In this document: piece by piece, positions 26,501 through 39,812 of the stretch
Numbering within the stretch: the stretch's first letter is position 1
Layout: each line of letters begins with the position of its first letter
NCBI GenBank assembly: GCA_964252035.1
Contig: OZ176200.1
Length of the DNA: 64,000 nucleotides
Direction: 5' to 3' (one strand)
Origin: Podarcis erhardii
Taxonomy: Eukaryota
Notes under the pieces: model-generated
What the model saw: the letters and a program-made list of their open reading frames with translations, nothing else
The model's database searches: none
Told to the model about the DNA's origin: nothing
Program-made: the position numbers and the translations under genes

Positions 26501-26906
26501 TCAAAAGTAGAACGAGAAGGGCTAGTGCAATTTTGTTTTGCAGTTATCCTGCATACTTATTTTGCAATGTGTACCTCCCAACATCCATGATGAAGGAGGT
26601 AATTTCCTGATGATTTAGAGAGATCAAATTGCACATAACTTCTGTAGATTTAATATATATGCATATTGTGCTGAGGATAGCTATAGATAAGAAACATTTT
26701 CTTTCACATAATGTTTGAATGGAACACTTAGGTGACTCTGAAGTGTAAACCACATTAATGTTTCTCCACTAAAATGCAAAACAGTGTATTGAGAAACAAA
26801 TGCCAATTGAATGTGACTATACAAAGCAGATACTGTATCGTACTAAGGTGCCATCTGGTGGAAAAAACAAATGACAGAATTAAGGAAATCACTTAATACT
26901 TCCACC

Positions 26907-27860
26907 CAGGGCTGGATTAACCATTAAGCAAAATAAGCACTTGCTTAGGGTATCAAGGGAAGGGGGCACCACAGATTCATTGCCAGATTTTTAGCATTAA
27001 TGGTCTCTAATCGCTCAGCTGAATGTTCATTCTCTCAGTTGAAGTATATTAAAAATCCCAACAGAACAACTATGCAACGAGGTAGGCTGGATGCCTTATT
27101 ATCTCTACTAAGTATGGAGGCATATGTCTTATGTAAAATTTGTTCTAAGGATCTGATCAAAGACTTTGCAATGAGAAAAAGTAGATTTTTCCCTCAAATA
27201 TGAATAAAGTGGAAGTATACAAAAGTGGAAGTAAAAAAAAAAGCAGAGACATCACCTTACCAACAAAGGTCCATATAGTTAAAGCCATGGTTTTCCCAGT
27301 AGTGATGTATGGAAGTGAGAGCTGGACCATCAAGAAGGCTGATCGCCGAAGAATTGATGCTTTTGAATTATGGTGCTGGAGGAGACTCTTGAGAGTCCCA
27401 TGGACTGCAAGAAGATCAAACGTATCCATTCTGAAGGAAATCAGCCCTGAGTGCTCACTGGAAGGACAGATCGTGAAGCTGAGGCTCCAGTACTTTGGCC
27501 ACCTCATGAGAAGAGAAGACTCCCTGGAAAAGACCCTGATGTTGGGAAAGAAGAAGGGGACGACAGAGGACGAGATGGTTGGACAGTGTTCTCGAAGCTA
27601 CAAACATGAGTCTGACCAAACTGCGGGAGGCAGTGGAAAACAGGAGTGCCTGGCGTGCTCTGGTCCATGGGGTCACAAAGAGTCGGACATGACTAAACGA
27701 CTAAACAACAACAACAACAACATACAAAAATAAACATTACTTTCCATCTTTCTGTAGGTTTTGTTTCATTTCAAAAAAAAGTTTTTTTTAATTAGATAAA
27801 TATGGGGGCACCAAGATCTTTTAAGTGCCTATGACCTCCAAAGGTCTTAATCTGGCCCTG
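26907..27860 (+). mobile_element. Internally deleted hAT (Tip100/Zaphod-like) DNA transposon with transposase C-terminal remnant
   Basis: 14-bp TIRs cagggctggattaa / ttaatctggccctg (12/14). ORF 27000-27203 SAECSFSQLKYIKN..RTTM..GRL..L.LLSME resembles the hAT dimerization domain. No TSD left. Confidence 0.75.
27234..27721 (+). mobile_element. BovB (RTE) LINE, 5'-truncated 3' fragment, nested in the hAT element
   Basis: KSRDITLPTKVHIVKAMVFPVVMYGSESWTIKKADRRRIDAFELWCWRRLLRVPWTARRSN...YFGHLMRREDSLEKTLMLGK is the BovB RT C-terminus. (CAA)n tail; likely TSD atacaaaa (27217-27224, 27722-27729). Confidence 0.95.
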
Positions 27861-30642
27861 CTGAATCTTTGCAAAATAAGTCGGTCCCCCCCCCCCCGCA
27901 CAGCAGAACTTTGCTTTCTTATGCTAGGCACAGAGGCTGGGTAGAGGATGTAAGCTCTGCTCCATAAAACACCAGATGTAGCTGCAACCATTTTAAAAAG
28001 GGGAAATTCATTCCTCATGCAAGAGCAGCACAGAAGAAAGCCCAGGAAGAGCACTTTAAGGGGGTGCGGGGGGGGGACCCTTGCAGGTAGCATGCACAAA
28101 TTTGCAATACTGCCAAGACAGAAGAGCACAGTGCAGGAAGTGCTAAGGATGGGATTTTTAAAATAATAATAAGATAGACGTACGCACAGTGGTTGCTCAC
28201 TTTTTCTTAGGCTCTGTTAATAAATGTAACTATTTGTGGGATAATTTATTCCTGAGGAGACTAAAATAGGATTGCAGAACCGCCACTGCCTGAGGAGTGT
28301 GTTAAATTGTCTAGAAGATGCTTTGTCACAGAAGCTACAAAGAAGAGAGGTTTATGTTTATGGTGAATCCATGGCAGGATAAATTCTGTAAAGTTTTGTT
28401 AGTGGTCCATCAACCCCTCCCTTCCCTCCCTCCTTTTCTTGTCCCACTTTCCTCCTGAAGGAGCCTGGGGCACCTGGTTTGTCTTTCAGCCTGCACTGAG
28501 ATGGGGATCAGTGTAGTATGTGTGGTCTGTATGCTTGCCTGTGTGTGTGCATGTGAGAGTGTGCACTCTAGGAATGTGTGTGCATGAGTGAGAGAATGTG
28601 TATACTCCTCCTAGTGTGTGCATGGGCACCCTCCTAATTCTGTTGTTGAATGTGATTCAAGGTCATAAACGGGATAGTTCTTTGTGCCCTCTCTATGCCC
28701 TCTGGCTTTTACCAGGGGGCAAGCTTTTAGTTTGGCAGTTCCTGCCCTGTGGAACTCCTTGCCAATAGAGGTTTGGCAGGTGTCACCTCTGCTATCTTAT
28801 AGATCTCTTTTTAAAATTTTGTTGTTCAGACAGGCCTTTGAAATACATTTTTTTTACTGACCATTTTTCACTGATATGTCATTGGCATTTTTACTGTTAT
28901 TATTGCAGTACTGTGTTTATAAGCTGTTCAATGCCTTGTTATATTTTCTATGAAAGTGTGGTTTTGAAATAGCTAAATAATAAATGAATAATAATATCAG
29001 CTGAGGAATACAGGCCACAACAGAACTTAAGAGAACAGCGAGACATATAGGAGTGTTTGGAGACAGGGGTTTACTGAAAATCCATTGTTTAAAGATTTGA
29101 TGCCAAACCATACAGCACACAGACTTCCCATTCTCTTATGCCATAAAGTGTAAATGGGTTTGGAAAGGATGAAGGAACTTCTATTGGCTTGATTAAAGAA
29201 ATCACCAAGCCTTTGATGACAGTACAAAACTGCCACCTCGTGGAAAAAACAAATAACTACAGTGCTATGTAACTTTATTAATGAAAACACAGATGTATTT
29301 GGGTCTTTTAATTTGGTTCTGATAATAAAATATTGCAAACATTGAAAGTTAGTCCTGTAGGTTTTAAAAGTCATTTCCCAAATTTTTAAAAATATACTAG
29401 TTTATACTACAGTTTTTAATTTCAGGATTGAAGCACCTTCTGGGGAGCTAAACTAGACAACTGTAGTTTATGCTTAGCACTTGATTTTCATTATAGCTGC
29501 ACTTTTCCTTGAGCATAAGTTCCCAAGTTCACCTAAAAAAAGCCCTTTAAAAAACTTCTTATCAAGTTTGTACCTTTCAGCATTTAATTTTCTGCTTGCA
29601 GCATTGTTGCGTTAAACTATAAGCTATATCACCCTTGGTCTTTGAGTGAAGCTTCATTGAAGGTATTGTCTTTATCATATGACAGACTTGTAAATAAATG
29701 TTAAACAATTTTGTTGAAGTTCAGAGGATAAAAAAGGTCAGCAGTCTGCCTTCTTTATTCCCGATAAAACTACAAAGATAATAGCTTTGATTTATTTCCC
29801 TTTGAGGAGAGAATAACACAGTGCAGTATAGAGAATTTTTCACACTAGATATCTACATGATTTACATACTCTTTTAGAGAGTGCTGTTTTCTTCAACTTT
29901 CTCCCCCAAAGAAATGTTAGCTTCCTTGTCTTACATAGGCACACAAAATAGAAAGTCTGTAGTACATTCCATTTTTTCGAGATGAGTATTGTTCAATTTG
30001 TTTTAGCCTTTGACTTGAATATATATCATTAATTTCAGCTTGTTAGCGTGATGGAGTGGTGTAGTTTCTTCTGCTAACTCCAAATCCATGTATATCTGTG
30101 CAGTTTTTTGTCTCCAACACTAGCTCTGTCTATGTCATTATCTGATGAGGAAGGTTGTTGTGTACAAAAAGTATAATTGTTATAAATTAGTTCATTGATA
30201 AGGTGCTAGGAAACTTTTGAGTTTCTTTCTAGGCTGGACTTTGTGTACCAAAGTCTGCTGCTGTCTGAGAATATTTCTCAAATTAGGAGGGTGGATTTCC
30301 TGGATTAGTACGTCATGTGTGAGGAGCACAGATAATTTGACACCTGCTATTGAAAACAGGTATCTGTGGATTCCCCCAAAATGTGGATTTAAATCTGCTG
30401 CAGTTGCTGGAATTGGATCATGAATGCATGCTCTGGATCATAGTACTTAAGGCTGAAAATGCAGTGGTCAGATTGAGGAGTGTGGGTGCAGATGTGGAGG
30501 AGGCAAGAAGCAGAGAGGCATGGAGTGTACATGAAACTGCACTAAGTAGTATGGCCATAGTATGTGGTGAGGGTGTCTACAGTTAGACTGCTATGATGCA
30601 ACTGCAGTTGAGGAATTCCCCCTTTGCCCTTTGAATTGAGTA

Positions 30643-30869
30643 CAGTGGTACCTCAGGTTAAGTACTTAATTCGTTCTGGAGGTCCGTTCTTAACCTGAAA
30701 CTGTTCTTAACCTGAAGCACCACTTTAGCTAATGGGGCCTCCTGCTGCCGCCGTGCTGCTGGAGCACGATTTCTGTTCTCATCCTGAAGCAAAGTTCTTA
30801 ACCCAAGGTACTATTTCTGGGTTAGCGGAGTCTGTAACCTGAAGCATATGTTAACCCGAGGTACCACTG
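30643..30869. mobile_element. Tc1/mariner (Tigger-like) MITE, family A, complete
   Basis: TA TSD on both sides; TIR cagtggtacctc / gaggtaccactg. Confidence 0.9.
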
Positions 30870-32452
30870 TATGTGATTTTCAGGGATGGGGTTAACAAAA
30901 GCGAGATTGCCACCTCTCCTATTTTATTTCGTGATTATTATTATTGATATTATCATCAGTAGGGTTCTATAAAGCCCTTCACCTTAAGATTGTGGGAAGT
31001 TTACAGGATTAAAAACAGCATTACAAACCAATTTTATTTTAATTTTTTTTAAAAAAATCAATAATAAAGTAACATTGATTTGTACAACCCGCTAAGCCAA
31101 ACCTTGTCCTAGCTCAGTATGGCAGAGGAGCAAAAAAGGACCAGAGATGGGCAAAGTGGCTGCAAGCTCTTCTCCAGAAGTCTGTATGCTTGTGCAGCCT
31201 CACAAAGATAGTGTTTGCCAAGTGGTGCAAAGCAGGCAAGTGATTTAAAAGCAGCAGAACTGGATAAAATAAAAACAATAAGTAAAAGTCTTTTTTGGGG
31301 GGTAAAACAACAACAACCAGGGAGAATAAAAGACCTGGCACAAAAAAGATAGCATAATATGTGCCAGGTGAGTATTTCTGGGAGAGGAGTACCACAACCA
31401 AAAGTGCCCTCTCTCTAGTTCCCACCTGCCTTACTTGCATCAGTGGGATGTTCAAAGAAGAGCATTGGCAGGTGACCTAAGTGTACAGTCTGTATTTGGT
31501 TTCTGTATTAGATTTTAAGAGCTGTTGAGTTTCTGAGAAATTATTTTTGTGAATCACATAACAGTAGCAGTGTTTGCTTTGATAGCAAGCAGGTTTTTCT
31601 TGATACTTTTTTTCTTTGTTCACTGGAGTGCATTATTCCTATACCTATGTTTTAGGAGTAGCAGGTTCAAGATACGTGAAGGTGGGGATTTGTATCTTAC
31701 GCCAGATGAAATGAAAATCTACTTAGGCAATAGCTCCTCTATTATCTTACTTCAACAGATAAAGCAAACACTATAAATCAGCATTTTATTACTAAGGCAA
31801 GATACAAAAGATGGCTTTAACAGTCCTGCACAGAGGGAGTAGATAAGAAGCATTTGTCCTTTCATTAGTGTATGTAATACCATATTTGAATTAATATTCA
31901 ACACAATAAAAAGTGAACAAAAATTGGCGACAACTGATGGTGGTGAGCAGCCATGCTGAATTATATGATTTTAATAATTTGTGGCAATCTTTCCTTTTCT
32001 TATGTAATTATTTTTTTGGAAAGTAAAAGGCTACAGCCTTACAGCAACGTATAAGAGATTTTAATAGAGATTGAATAGAGAATGCAGTGTAGTGGATTTG
32101 AACAGGGAACATACTTTCCATACAGCGTATACTGGCATCTCTCTGGAATATATAAAATAGATATGTGAAATATACCTCACAGATGTAGGCTGCAATCCTT
32201 ACTCCCTGATGGGAGGGAGTTAGGGTGGTGTGTAGAGTTTTTTCCACTGGCTTTTGTCCCAGCTCCACCGAAGTGGGCAGAAAGCTACTGTTGGTGGTTC
32301 TTATTCTGATGGTAGACAGCTGAAAGGATGGAAACAGATTAGTTTGTTTTGAGGTGGGGTGGCAGAGGCTACGTCCCATGGATCCTCCCCGCAAAGGCCC
32401 AATCCTTAAGCCTCTCAGTTTTGTCAACCAGGAGCTGGTATAACAAAAGAAG

Positions 32453-32454
32453 GA

Positions 32455-32516
<62 letters not shown>
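32453..32516. repeat. (GAAA)16 microsatellite
   Basis: Perfect tetranucleotide repeat. Confidence 0.95.
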
Positions 32517-32517
<1 letters not shown>

Positions 32518-33560
32518 GCTTCCAATGCAACAGAGGACCACACTTTCGCGCCTCCCTGGCCCCTTGTTAGTATAGTATATAACTTTGTGGAGGTAATTAA
32601 ATAGGCAGGGTGCTTTTATATATAACATTTACCATGGGAAAGGGCAGTGTTAAACGTACTTCACTTTTTATTTATTTATTGAGTGGGCATGTATGGGGTA
32701 AAGCAATTCTTTAAGTAAAGTTGTCCAAAACCTCTTTACAATAAGAACTTCACGATGTTATCAGCATAATCTGTGAAAACCAATCCATGAGACCAATATG
32801 ACGGTCATATTTTTAAGTAAACTATCATGTCCTATGATGTACTTACCACACAGAGAGCATCCAATTAGTCCAGTTAAGCATATTTGTTTTCACTTGTTTT
32901 TCTTAATATCTTCTATGATGCTATCCATTACAGCCGTCTACTTTAATGTATGGTGAATATATGTTGGTAATTAAGCAAGCATTTTTGTTAAAAAAAGAAG
33001 ATAACATAGGAAAAATATATTTGAAAAATTATTAAATAATTTATTTTAAATAATTACAATATTTTAGATAAACCGTATTACTGGTAGCTACACTCAGTAA
33101 TATGGATAATACTAAATATCTGATGAAGCCACCTCATGTGTTTTATTTTTCTCATTGGCTAATAATGTTTTCTTAGTTCCAGCTGTGTTGTATGTCTGTG
33201 TGTGAGATTAGTGTTCATAGCAGTATGAAGCATTAGTTAGCGGCTTCACTAGTTAAATAATTACCTTTACTTGTACAGACTTGGCCCTTGTTGTCCTTGA
33301 CAATAGGATGCTCTCATGTGCAATTAAACATTAATTTGCCCCCATTCTCCTTGGGTCTCTGCTTATGGATTTTTTTCACTTCCAGTTATGCCCCACTGAT
33401 TACAAAACCTTGGTTTCCAGCCGCTGAAAACCTGATTAGACTTGTGCTGCTCTGATATAAGGTGGATCCCCTCCCCCGGTATACTTTCTAGGCTTACTAT
33501 TTTGGAGCAGCAAGTATAAATAGCAAGTAAAATATTCATTCATTCCTTTTTTAAATATAG

Positions 33561-33624
33561 GGAATGGGAACATTTTGAAGTTACAGTGGTGTTTCGTGCG
33601 ACCAATCAAATGTGAGTGTATCAG
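33561..33624 (+). other. Candidate STK33 5' UTR exon (64 nt)
   Basis: Pyrimidine tract + tag acceptor (33558-33560) and consensus cag|gtaaga donor. No transcript evidence available. Confidence 0.4.
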
Positions 33625-34213
33625 GTAAGAATTATTATTTTTTGTTAATAATCAATTTCATTTTCAAATGCTAGGTTTGTAGAAACACGCAATAGGTTTC
33701 GCTTTTAGAAAAAACACATACATGCATCTAAACGTATTTCTTACGCTGCAGTGCTATACCCATCACAAAGCAGCAGAGTTCTACCACGTACCACTCATAG
33801 TAGTTACTGAAATGTGATAAAAGACAGTATTTACCACACTGCATGTCTACAGTATGCATTGCACACTCACTAACTCGTCACATTTAGGCTAAGCAATTAC
33901 TTAGTCAGTCCAGATAATAAGTAGGCAGAAGTAAGAAAGATGAACAGCTACCATGAAGCTATGTAGTAGTTGGGGAGATAATATTTTTGGGCTGGCAGGT
34001 ATTAATGGGCCAGTCATGTATCAATGAAGAACAAGAAGGCGATGACTACAGTGCTGCTTTCAGGTTTAATATCAGTCAGTTCAAAGGATCAGATATTAGG
34101 TGACCAGAATAGAGTGTAAGTCAGTCAGATAAGCAAGGAACATCTAGGCTGTAATGTTACTATAGCAAGAGTTAGACTGCACATCATTCCCTCTCAGTGG
34201 GGAAGATGTTTCT

Positions 34214-34563
34214 TGTTATGACGTGGGGTTTGTGATTTCAGCTCTCTTGACATAATATGCTGGAGACAGTTCTCTAGTAACACTTCTTTATTAAAAGCAA
34301 CAAGACTAAAACCTGAGGAGGGGAGAGCTACATTTATAGGGACAGGGAACAAGCTAGAAGGGATACATTTTGGAGGGAACAACATCAGGCAATCACAGTC
34401 CTGCCTTTTGGAGGCAACCAATAAGACAGAGGATCCAAATACAGCAGCTTAAATGAACCAATAGTAGCTGTACCCTCTGGAACCAAAAGGCAGTTACTTT
34501 ACCCTAATGCAATTACAGACAATAATAATACAGATATAAAATCCTTTGACTCAATACACAACA
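34214..34563 (-). mobile_element. Solo LTR (probably Gypsy)
   Basis: TG...CA ends (tgttatg / cacaaca); perfect 5-bp TSD tttct. On the - strand, TATAAA (34333-34338) precedes AATAAA (34287-34292). Confidence 0.8.
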
Positions 34564-37036
34564 TTTCTTACACTGTTCTCTGTTGTTAGACTCTAGTGCA
34601 CTAACTCCGTAAAGCAGTCCAGACTTGTTTTTATGGAAGCAGTAGTTTGCTGACCTAGATGGGGATTTCGCTGGAGTTGGTGATATGACAGCTATGTCTG
34701 GAAGAGAAGCAGAAGGCCTTGGAGGGTAATCATACTATGTGGCAGGGTAGCCCCAAATACTGATGGAGTGTCTTTTTTTGTAAAAAAATAGTAATTCTTA
34801 TCTTTGTTTAGGTATAGATTGTGACTTCTCTTGAAAGTATGTTTTGTAGGATCTAGTGACTGCCTCATTTCATACATGTTATAGACAGTTGTGGACCTGT
34901 GAAAATAGGTTATGTAGGCAGTAAGCTTCATATGTATGACAGGTTGCAGAATTCCCTTGTTTGTATATTTCTGTCCTGTCATCAGCCATTCTACCAGAAA
35001 CAAAATCATTTATTTACTTTGCTTTAAATTTTGCCCTGCTGAAGGAGGCAAGGTGTTGATATCAAGTACGGAACACTATCGGTAGACCCATGCCCCTTGG
35101 AGGACTCAACAACAGAAACATAAATTGACCCAGAGAGGATGGAGAAAAATAAACAAATGCATAAAATAAAAACTTCCCACAAATACTGGTACATTCATAG
35201 AACAATATCAGAGTTATAATTCATATTTTTAAAACGATGCTGTGCACTGTTGAAAAAAAATCCAATCATAACTGGCAAGAAATCTGCTTTTTTGAGATTA
35301 GAAAAGGAATTTTCTTGTCAAGTGTCTTACAACAAAGGACAGATTTTTTTAAAAAAAAACTTTGAGGAAATGACATGGTGATGTCCTTTCAAATGAGGAA
35401 ATGAATCCTCTTCCTGTGAAAATGAAATCCTCCACATATCTCAGTTGCCTTTTAAGCCTTTCAACCTGTCAATGAAATTGTGTAATCAAATAATAGCATG
35501 CCTGAAGCTTATAGCCTTTTCTTGAGAAGTAGTATCATCAAACGATGCGCTCTATTGATTTTAATCACACTGAACCAGATTTTTTAAACTTAGAGTAACG
35601 GTATTGGCTTCAGTAGGATTACTCCAGAATTTATATCATATAAGCACAGAATTCTGTTCATTTAAGAAAAATATTATCCACTATAAGGTACTGGAACATC
35701 ACTAGGTGAAAGAAAATATGGTCGGATTTTCTTTTTCTGGAAGCTATCCAAATAGTATTTCCCTCTGACCACTTGCTAAAATTGTCAGATATTTGCCTCC
35801 ATTTTGTGATGAGTATTCAAGGTCATTGCAGTGCTCAAATGTACATGCTGCTTTACTTTTTCTTCCTAATCAGCCTGAGTTCTTGTTCACTTTTTCATTT
35901 TTTATCCATCATATATTGTACTTCAACACTGCTATGCTAAAAGTGCATTTTCTTCTTTCTTTTTAGTTTATTAAAGGTATTTTCCAGTTAATCCTAACAC
36001 TTCTGAGCACGTCCACTGGTTCCCGAACATGTTCAACCACTAAAATTTGCATGCTCTTTACAGTTTTATTATTTATTTATTTGGGGGATTTATATATGTA
36101 CTGCCTTTCAAAACATAAAATCTTTCCAACTACCATAAAAACATCATTCAATACATCAATACTATAATTAAAAGAGGAGTATAAAGCAGTTTGATAATTA
36201 TCCTTTGAGCAGGAAACTGTTTCAAATTCTGCTAAATTTTGCTTTGCAGGAGCTTAAATGAAAGAGTATTAACAGTATGTTTTATTGACTTTGTTTTTCC
36301 ATTAATTTTTCACTTTATAAATGGAGCTATTAAGTTCTTACTTCGCTATAGAACGTTTCAGTTTGTCAGGATTTTGTAGGTGGTATGAAACGATCTAATT
36401 CCATAAACACAATGATTTCACCCCCTCTCTTCCCCCTTCATGGCCCCTAAATCTGTTCTGTGGTTTTTTCCTACCCTCTAGATCAAATTTGAGGAGGATA
36501 TAGGGTTCTCATGCGCAGGGAGTTTTGGTGTGTAAGTGGAAATTTTTTATGTAGAAGGAAAAATCTCGTTGGATATTGCCCTGTAAATTGTCTTCTGAAA
36601 AGCCTTCCCCCAGCTCTCCAGAACAGATTTGTGCCAGTGTGTAGGAACTACAGGGAACAGCGGGATTCAGCAGCCTCTAACTCAGTGGCTGTCACTGCCC
36701 CAGAAGATCAAGCACCTATTGTTCATATTCATTGCAAACCTTGAAAGTATTTGATGGGGAAAACAGACTTAAGATCTTGCAAATCACTTTCTGGTTTTCT
36801 CACTTGCCCCAAATATGCTGCCAGAGATGCTCCCCCCCCCCTTTATGGATCCTCTTTCCAAGGTACCTCCAGAATTTCAGTACCTTCCCTGTCGTCTGCA
36901 TCATCCTGATCTCAATCTGAACCTCCAAATTCCACCCACAAGGTAAACTCTTTGCAGGAAACATGGCTAAGGTTGTGCAAATTTATACAAGTCCATGTTT
37001 TGCTATTCAAAAAAATCTTTTGGTTTCTTCTTACAG

Positions 37037-37124
37037 AGTCTGTATTGCCATGGTGCAAAATTTGATTTTATTGGGAAGAAAACTTCACAGTGACCTTCAG
37101 CAGAGTATCTAGAATAATAACTCA
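37037..37124 (+). other. Candidate STK33 5' UTR exon (88 nt) with uORF
   Basis: Strong acceptor tttggtttcttcttacag and tca|gtgagt donor. Contains gccATGg opening a 20-codon ORF (37050-37112). Confidence 0.35.
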
Positions 37125-39629
37125 GTGAGTTGATACACTTTGGCAGTACAAAAATTAAAATAAAATAGTAGCAGGGAAGCATTTACCTCATGTATATTTG
37201 CTTTGAGATGCAACTAGGCATATATAATGTGGTTAAGCAAATGTAACCTATTTCCATTTAGACAATTTTGACAGTGATTGATTTTGATCTATAATGGCAT
37301 GGCTAAAATATTGATAAACTTGAGTTAGCACCTTCAAATGTTTGAATGCGACACATCACAAAGTACATTAGTGAGATGGCAGACCCAGTTGTGCTTATTG
37401 CTTGTGAATGTACTCTTAGAAACATTAAAGGATAATAATAGAATTATAGAATTGTAGAGTTGGAAGTAATAAAAGTTTTGTGTTTGTTAAGCAGAGATGA
37501 AATGTTTGAATACAGTTACATAGTATTGTTTTGTTTTTCGTTTAATTATCTAGCTATTGGTTTTAGACTTTAATAATATGGCAAAATTGCACATGAGTTT
37601 CCTATAGCATTCTGGTCAAAATGTAAAGGGTCCGTTTCACCTGTAAGGACTTTACACACCTTTTGCTTTGATTATTACAAGCTTTGGACTGTCCAGAAGG
37701 GATTATAATTATTTATCCTGCATTTGTTTAGATAACTTCTGTTCTTCTTTGATATTTTAGGAATGCATTAAAAGGTACTCTGGCTCTTTGCATAAAAAGA
37801 GATTAGGAAGCTAGCTATAAATTTGATATGCTTGGCTAACACTAAAAGCGTACAAGAGATTCTTTAGGTTAATTATTCTTCAGTATCCATGTGGTGGGTA
37901 AATCACACTTGCACTTTGCATGGTTGACCATTAAGCTCATTGATATGCTGCTATATGTCAGAGATGGCAGACTTCTGCATTGTTGGGGACAATGCCATTC
38001 TCCTAATCACCTGATGGTAGGAAGTGTCTATTAACTAGCAACCGACTTTCTCATGAGTAGTCAAGCTCCATAATAAAGTATGTGCAGTGCAATACTTAGG
38101 GTATCACAATTATAGAACCCATGTGCTCAAGGTTTAGCCAGGACATTACATACAAAATCCAAAAGAGAGAGTATGTGTGGAGTCACTATTTCTTGGGAAA
38201 GGAATCTATTTTCCTTTTCCTTACAGCTGAAACTGTAGACCAACCTTTCATGACACCATGCTTAGAATTTGGTTGGGCTGTAGAGGGTGCTGTAAAATTA
38301 TTTGGTCCCAGGCTTGCCAGTTGGTCTTTCCTGTCATATATTTAAAGTCAAAATTTAAAACCCTTTTCATGCTACTCTGGTAGCAAACATTGGAACAAGC
38401 ACAGCTCATTAATGTTTAGAGATGAGCAAAACCCATGTTAGACCCGCTGCCAACATGTGAGATGCTGGGCCCCCCTGATTCCTGGCATGCCCATGGCAGC
38501 AGCCAACAGGGCTGAGGGGGCAGCTTTGACTGGTGCTCTGGACTGCATGCTCAAACTCACCATCCTGCCCTATTAATTATGCTGCCCTGGTGTGCTTCTG
38601 GCATGGAATCCAGAGCTCCAAGTGGCAATGGGGACTGCAGGGGGCAGCTCGGCAATGACACAGATCAGAGCTATCTTGATTATGTTTGTTTTGACCCCAG
38701 CCTACACATTTCACAGGTGAAGTAGCATAAGATGGCTGTGCCACCACCATCGTAGATAGGTTGGCAGGTAGCAATCTCAGAGGTGGAGTAGACATATCTC
38801 AGAAGTTGTTGGATCTGTGGGAATGTACCCAGTGAGGAATATGAAGAACATTAGAGAGCAAAGGCTTTAAGGGGGGATGGAATTGTTTTAAGGTCTGACA
38901 CACACTGGCTTAAATTAAGTTTTCTTCTTTTAAGGATCAAGCAATAAGATAGGATCCAAAGGCTTATCTAGTCCAACATCCTACCAAATACCTGAAGCCC
39001 TGTCAATTCATTCAAGCTAGCCAAATACACATTTACCTCTCTAGCATAATAGGTTTTGTTTTATGTTTTCAATTTTTATTCTACAACTGAGAATATAAAC
39101 AGGGAAGAATTCAGTGTTGTGCTTTTACAAATGTTCTATCAGCACAAGCACTGAACAACCCCTCCTCTCTCCTCTATGAATGTTTCTGGGGGTTTTCCCA
39201 TTCCCACTGAGCCAATTTGGGGTGCAAGTGCAAGAGGCAAGACAGGAGGGAAAACCTTGTTATGCTAGGGGAAGTCCAGTTAGTTGAATCCAGCCCAGAA
39301 TGATAAAGTAACTAATAACAAACAACAGAACATTCTAGGATGCTGTTTCTGTATGGTTGGGTTTTTTTGGGGGGGGTGTCTTTTAGTTTATGAACATGAA
39401 CAGTAGGCAGATTACTTCGTCTGTAGACTTCAGTGGTTTCTTTCTATCCATTCTTACTCCAGCTCCCTTCCATGACAGTGCTACCTATTTCAACATGGTC
39501 CTCACTTTTTGAGGTAAGATTTTAGGTTGTACATAATATTCCATCTAATATTACATCCTAAAAAATGTAGCATTATATATTCCCCTTTTGTAAGCTGAAA
39601 TCATCAAGATAAATAATTTCCCCTGCTTA

Positions 39630-39812
39630 AAAAAGGTAAAGGACCCCTGACAGTTAAGTCCAGCCGTGAACGACTCTGGGGTTGTGGCGCTCATCTCGCT
39701 TTACTGGCCGAGGAAGCCGATGTTTGTCTGCAGACAGTTTTTCCAGGTTATGTGGTCAGCATGACTAAGCTGCTTTTGGTGAAACCAGAGCAGCGCACAG
39801 AAACACCGTTTA
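39630..39812 (-). mobile_element. Sauria SINE, 5'-truncated
   Basis: aaaggtaaaggacccctg tail and core similar to the 23021 copy; stops mid-element. Confidence 0.85.

Noticed and set aside
27200-27733. 177-aa ORF as a host gene
   Set aside because: It is the BovB RT C-terminus, frameshifted by a deletion after LMLGK.
27880-28085. Inverted poly-C / poly-G repeat suggesting a MITE
   Set aside because: The match rests mostly on homopolymer runs, with no TSD.
29426-29662. Additional STK33 5' UTR exon candidate
   Set aside because: The acceptor looks good, but the donor is distant and mediocre and there is no other support.
32008-32628. 206-aa minus-strand ORF
   Set aside because: Kept open by the (GAAA)n microsatellite (FFLS repeats); not a real gene.
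35806-35878. Possible box C/D snoRNA (GTGATGA...CTGA, about 73 nt)
   Set aside because: No terminal stem and no recognisable rRNA antisense element; consistent with chance.
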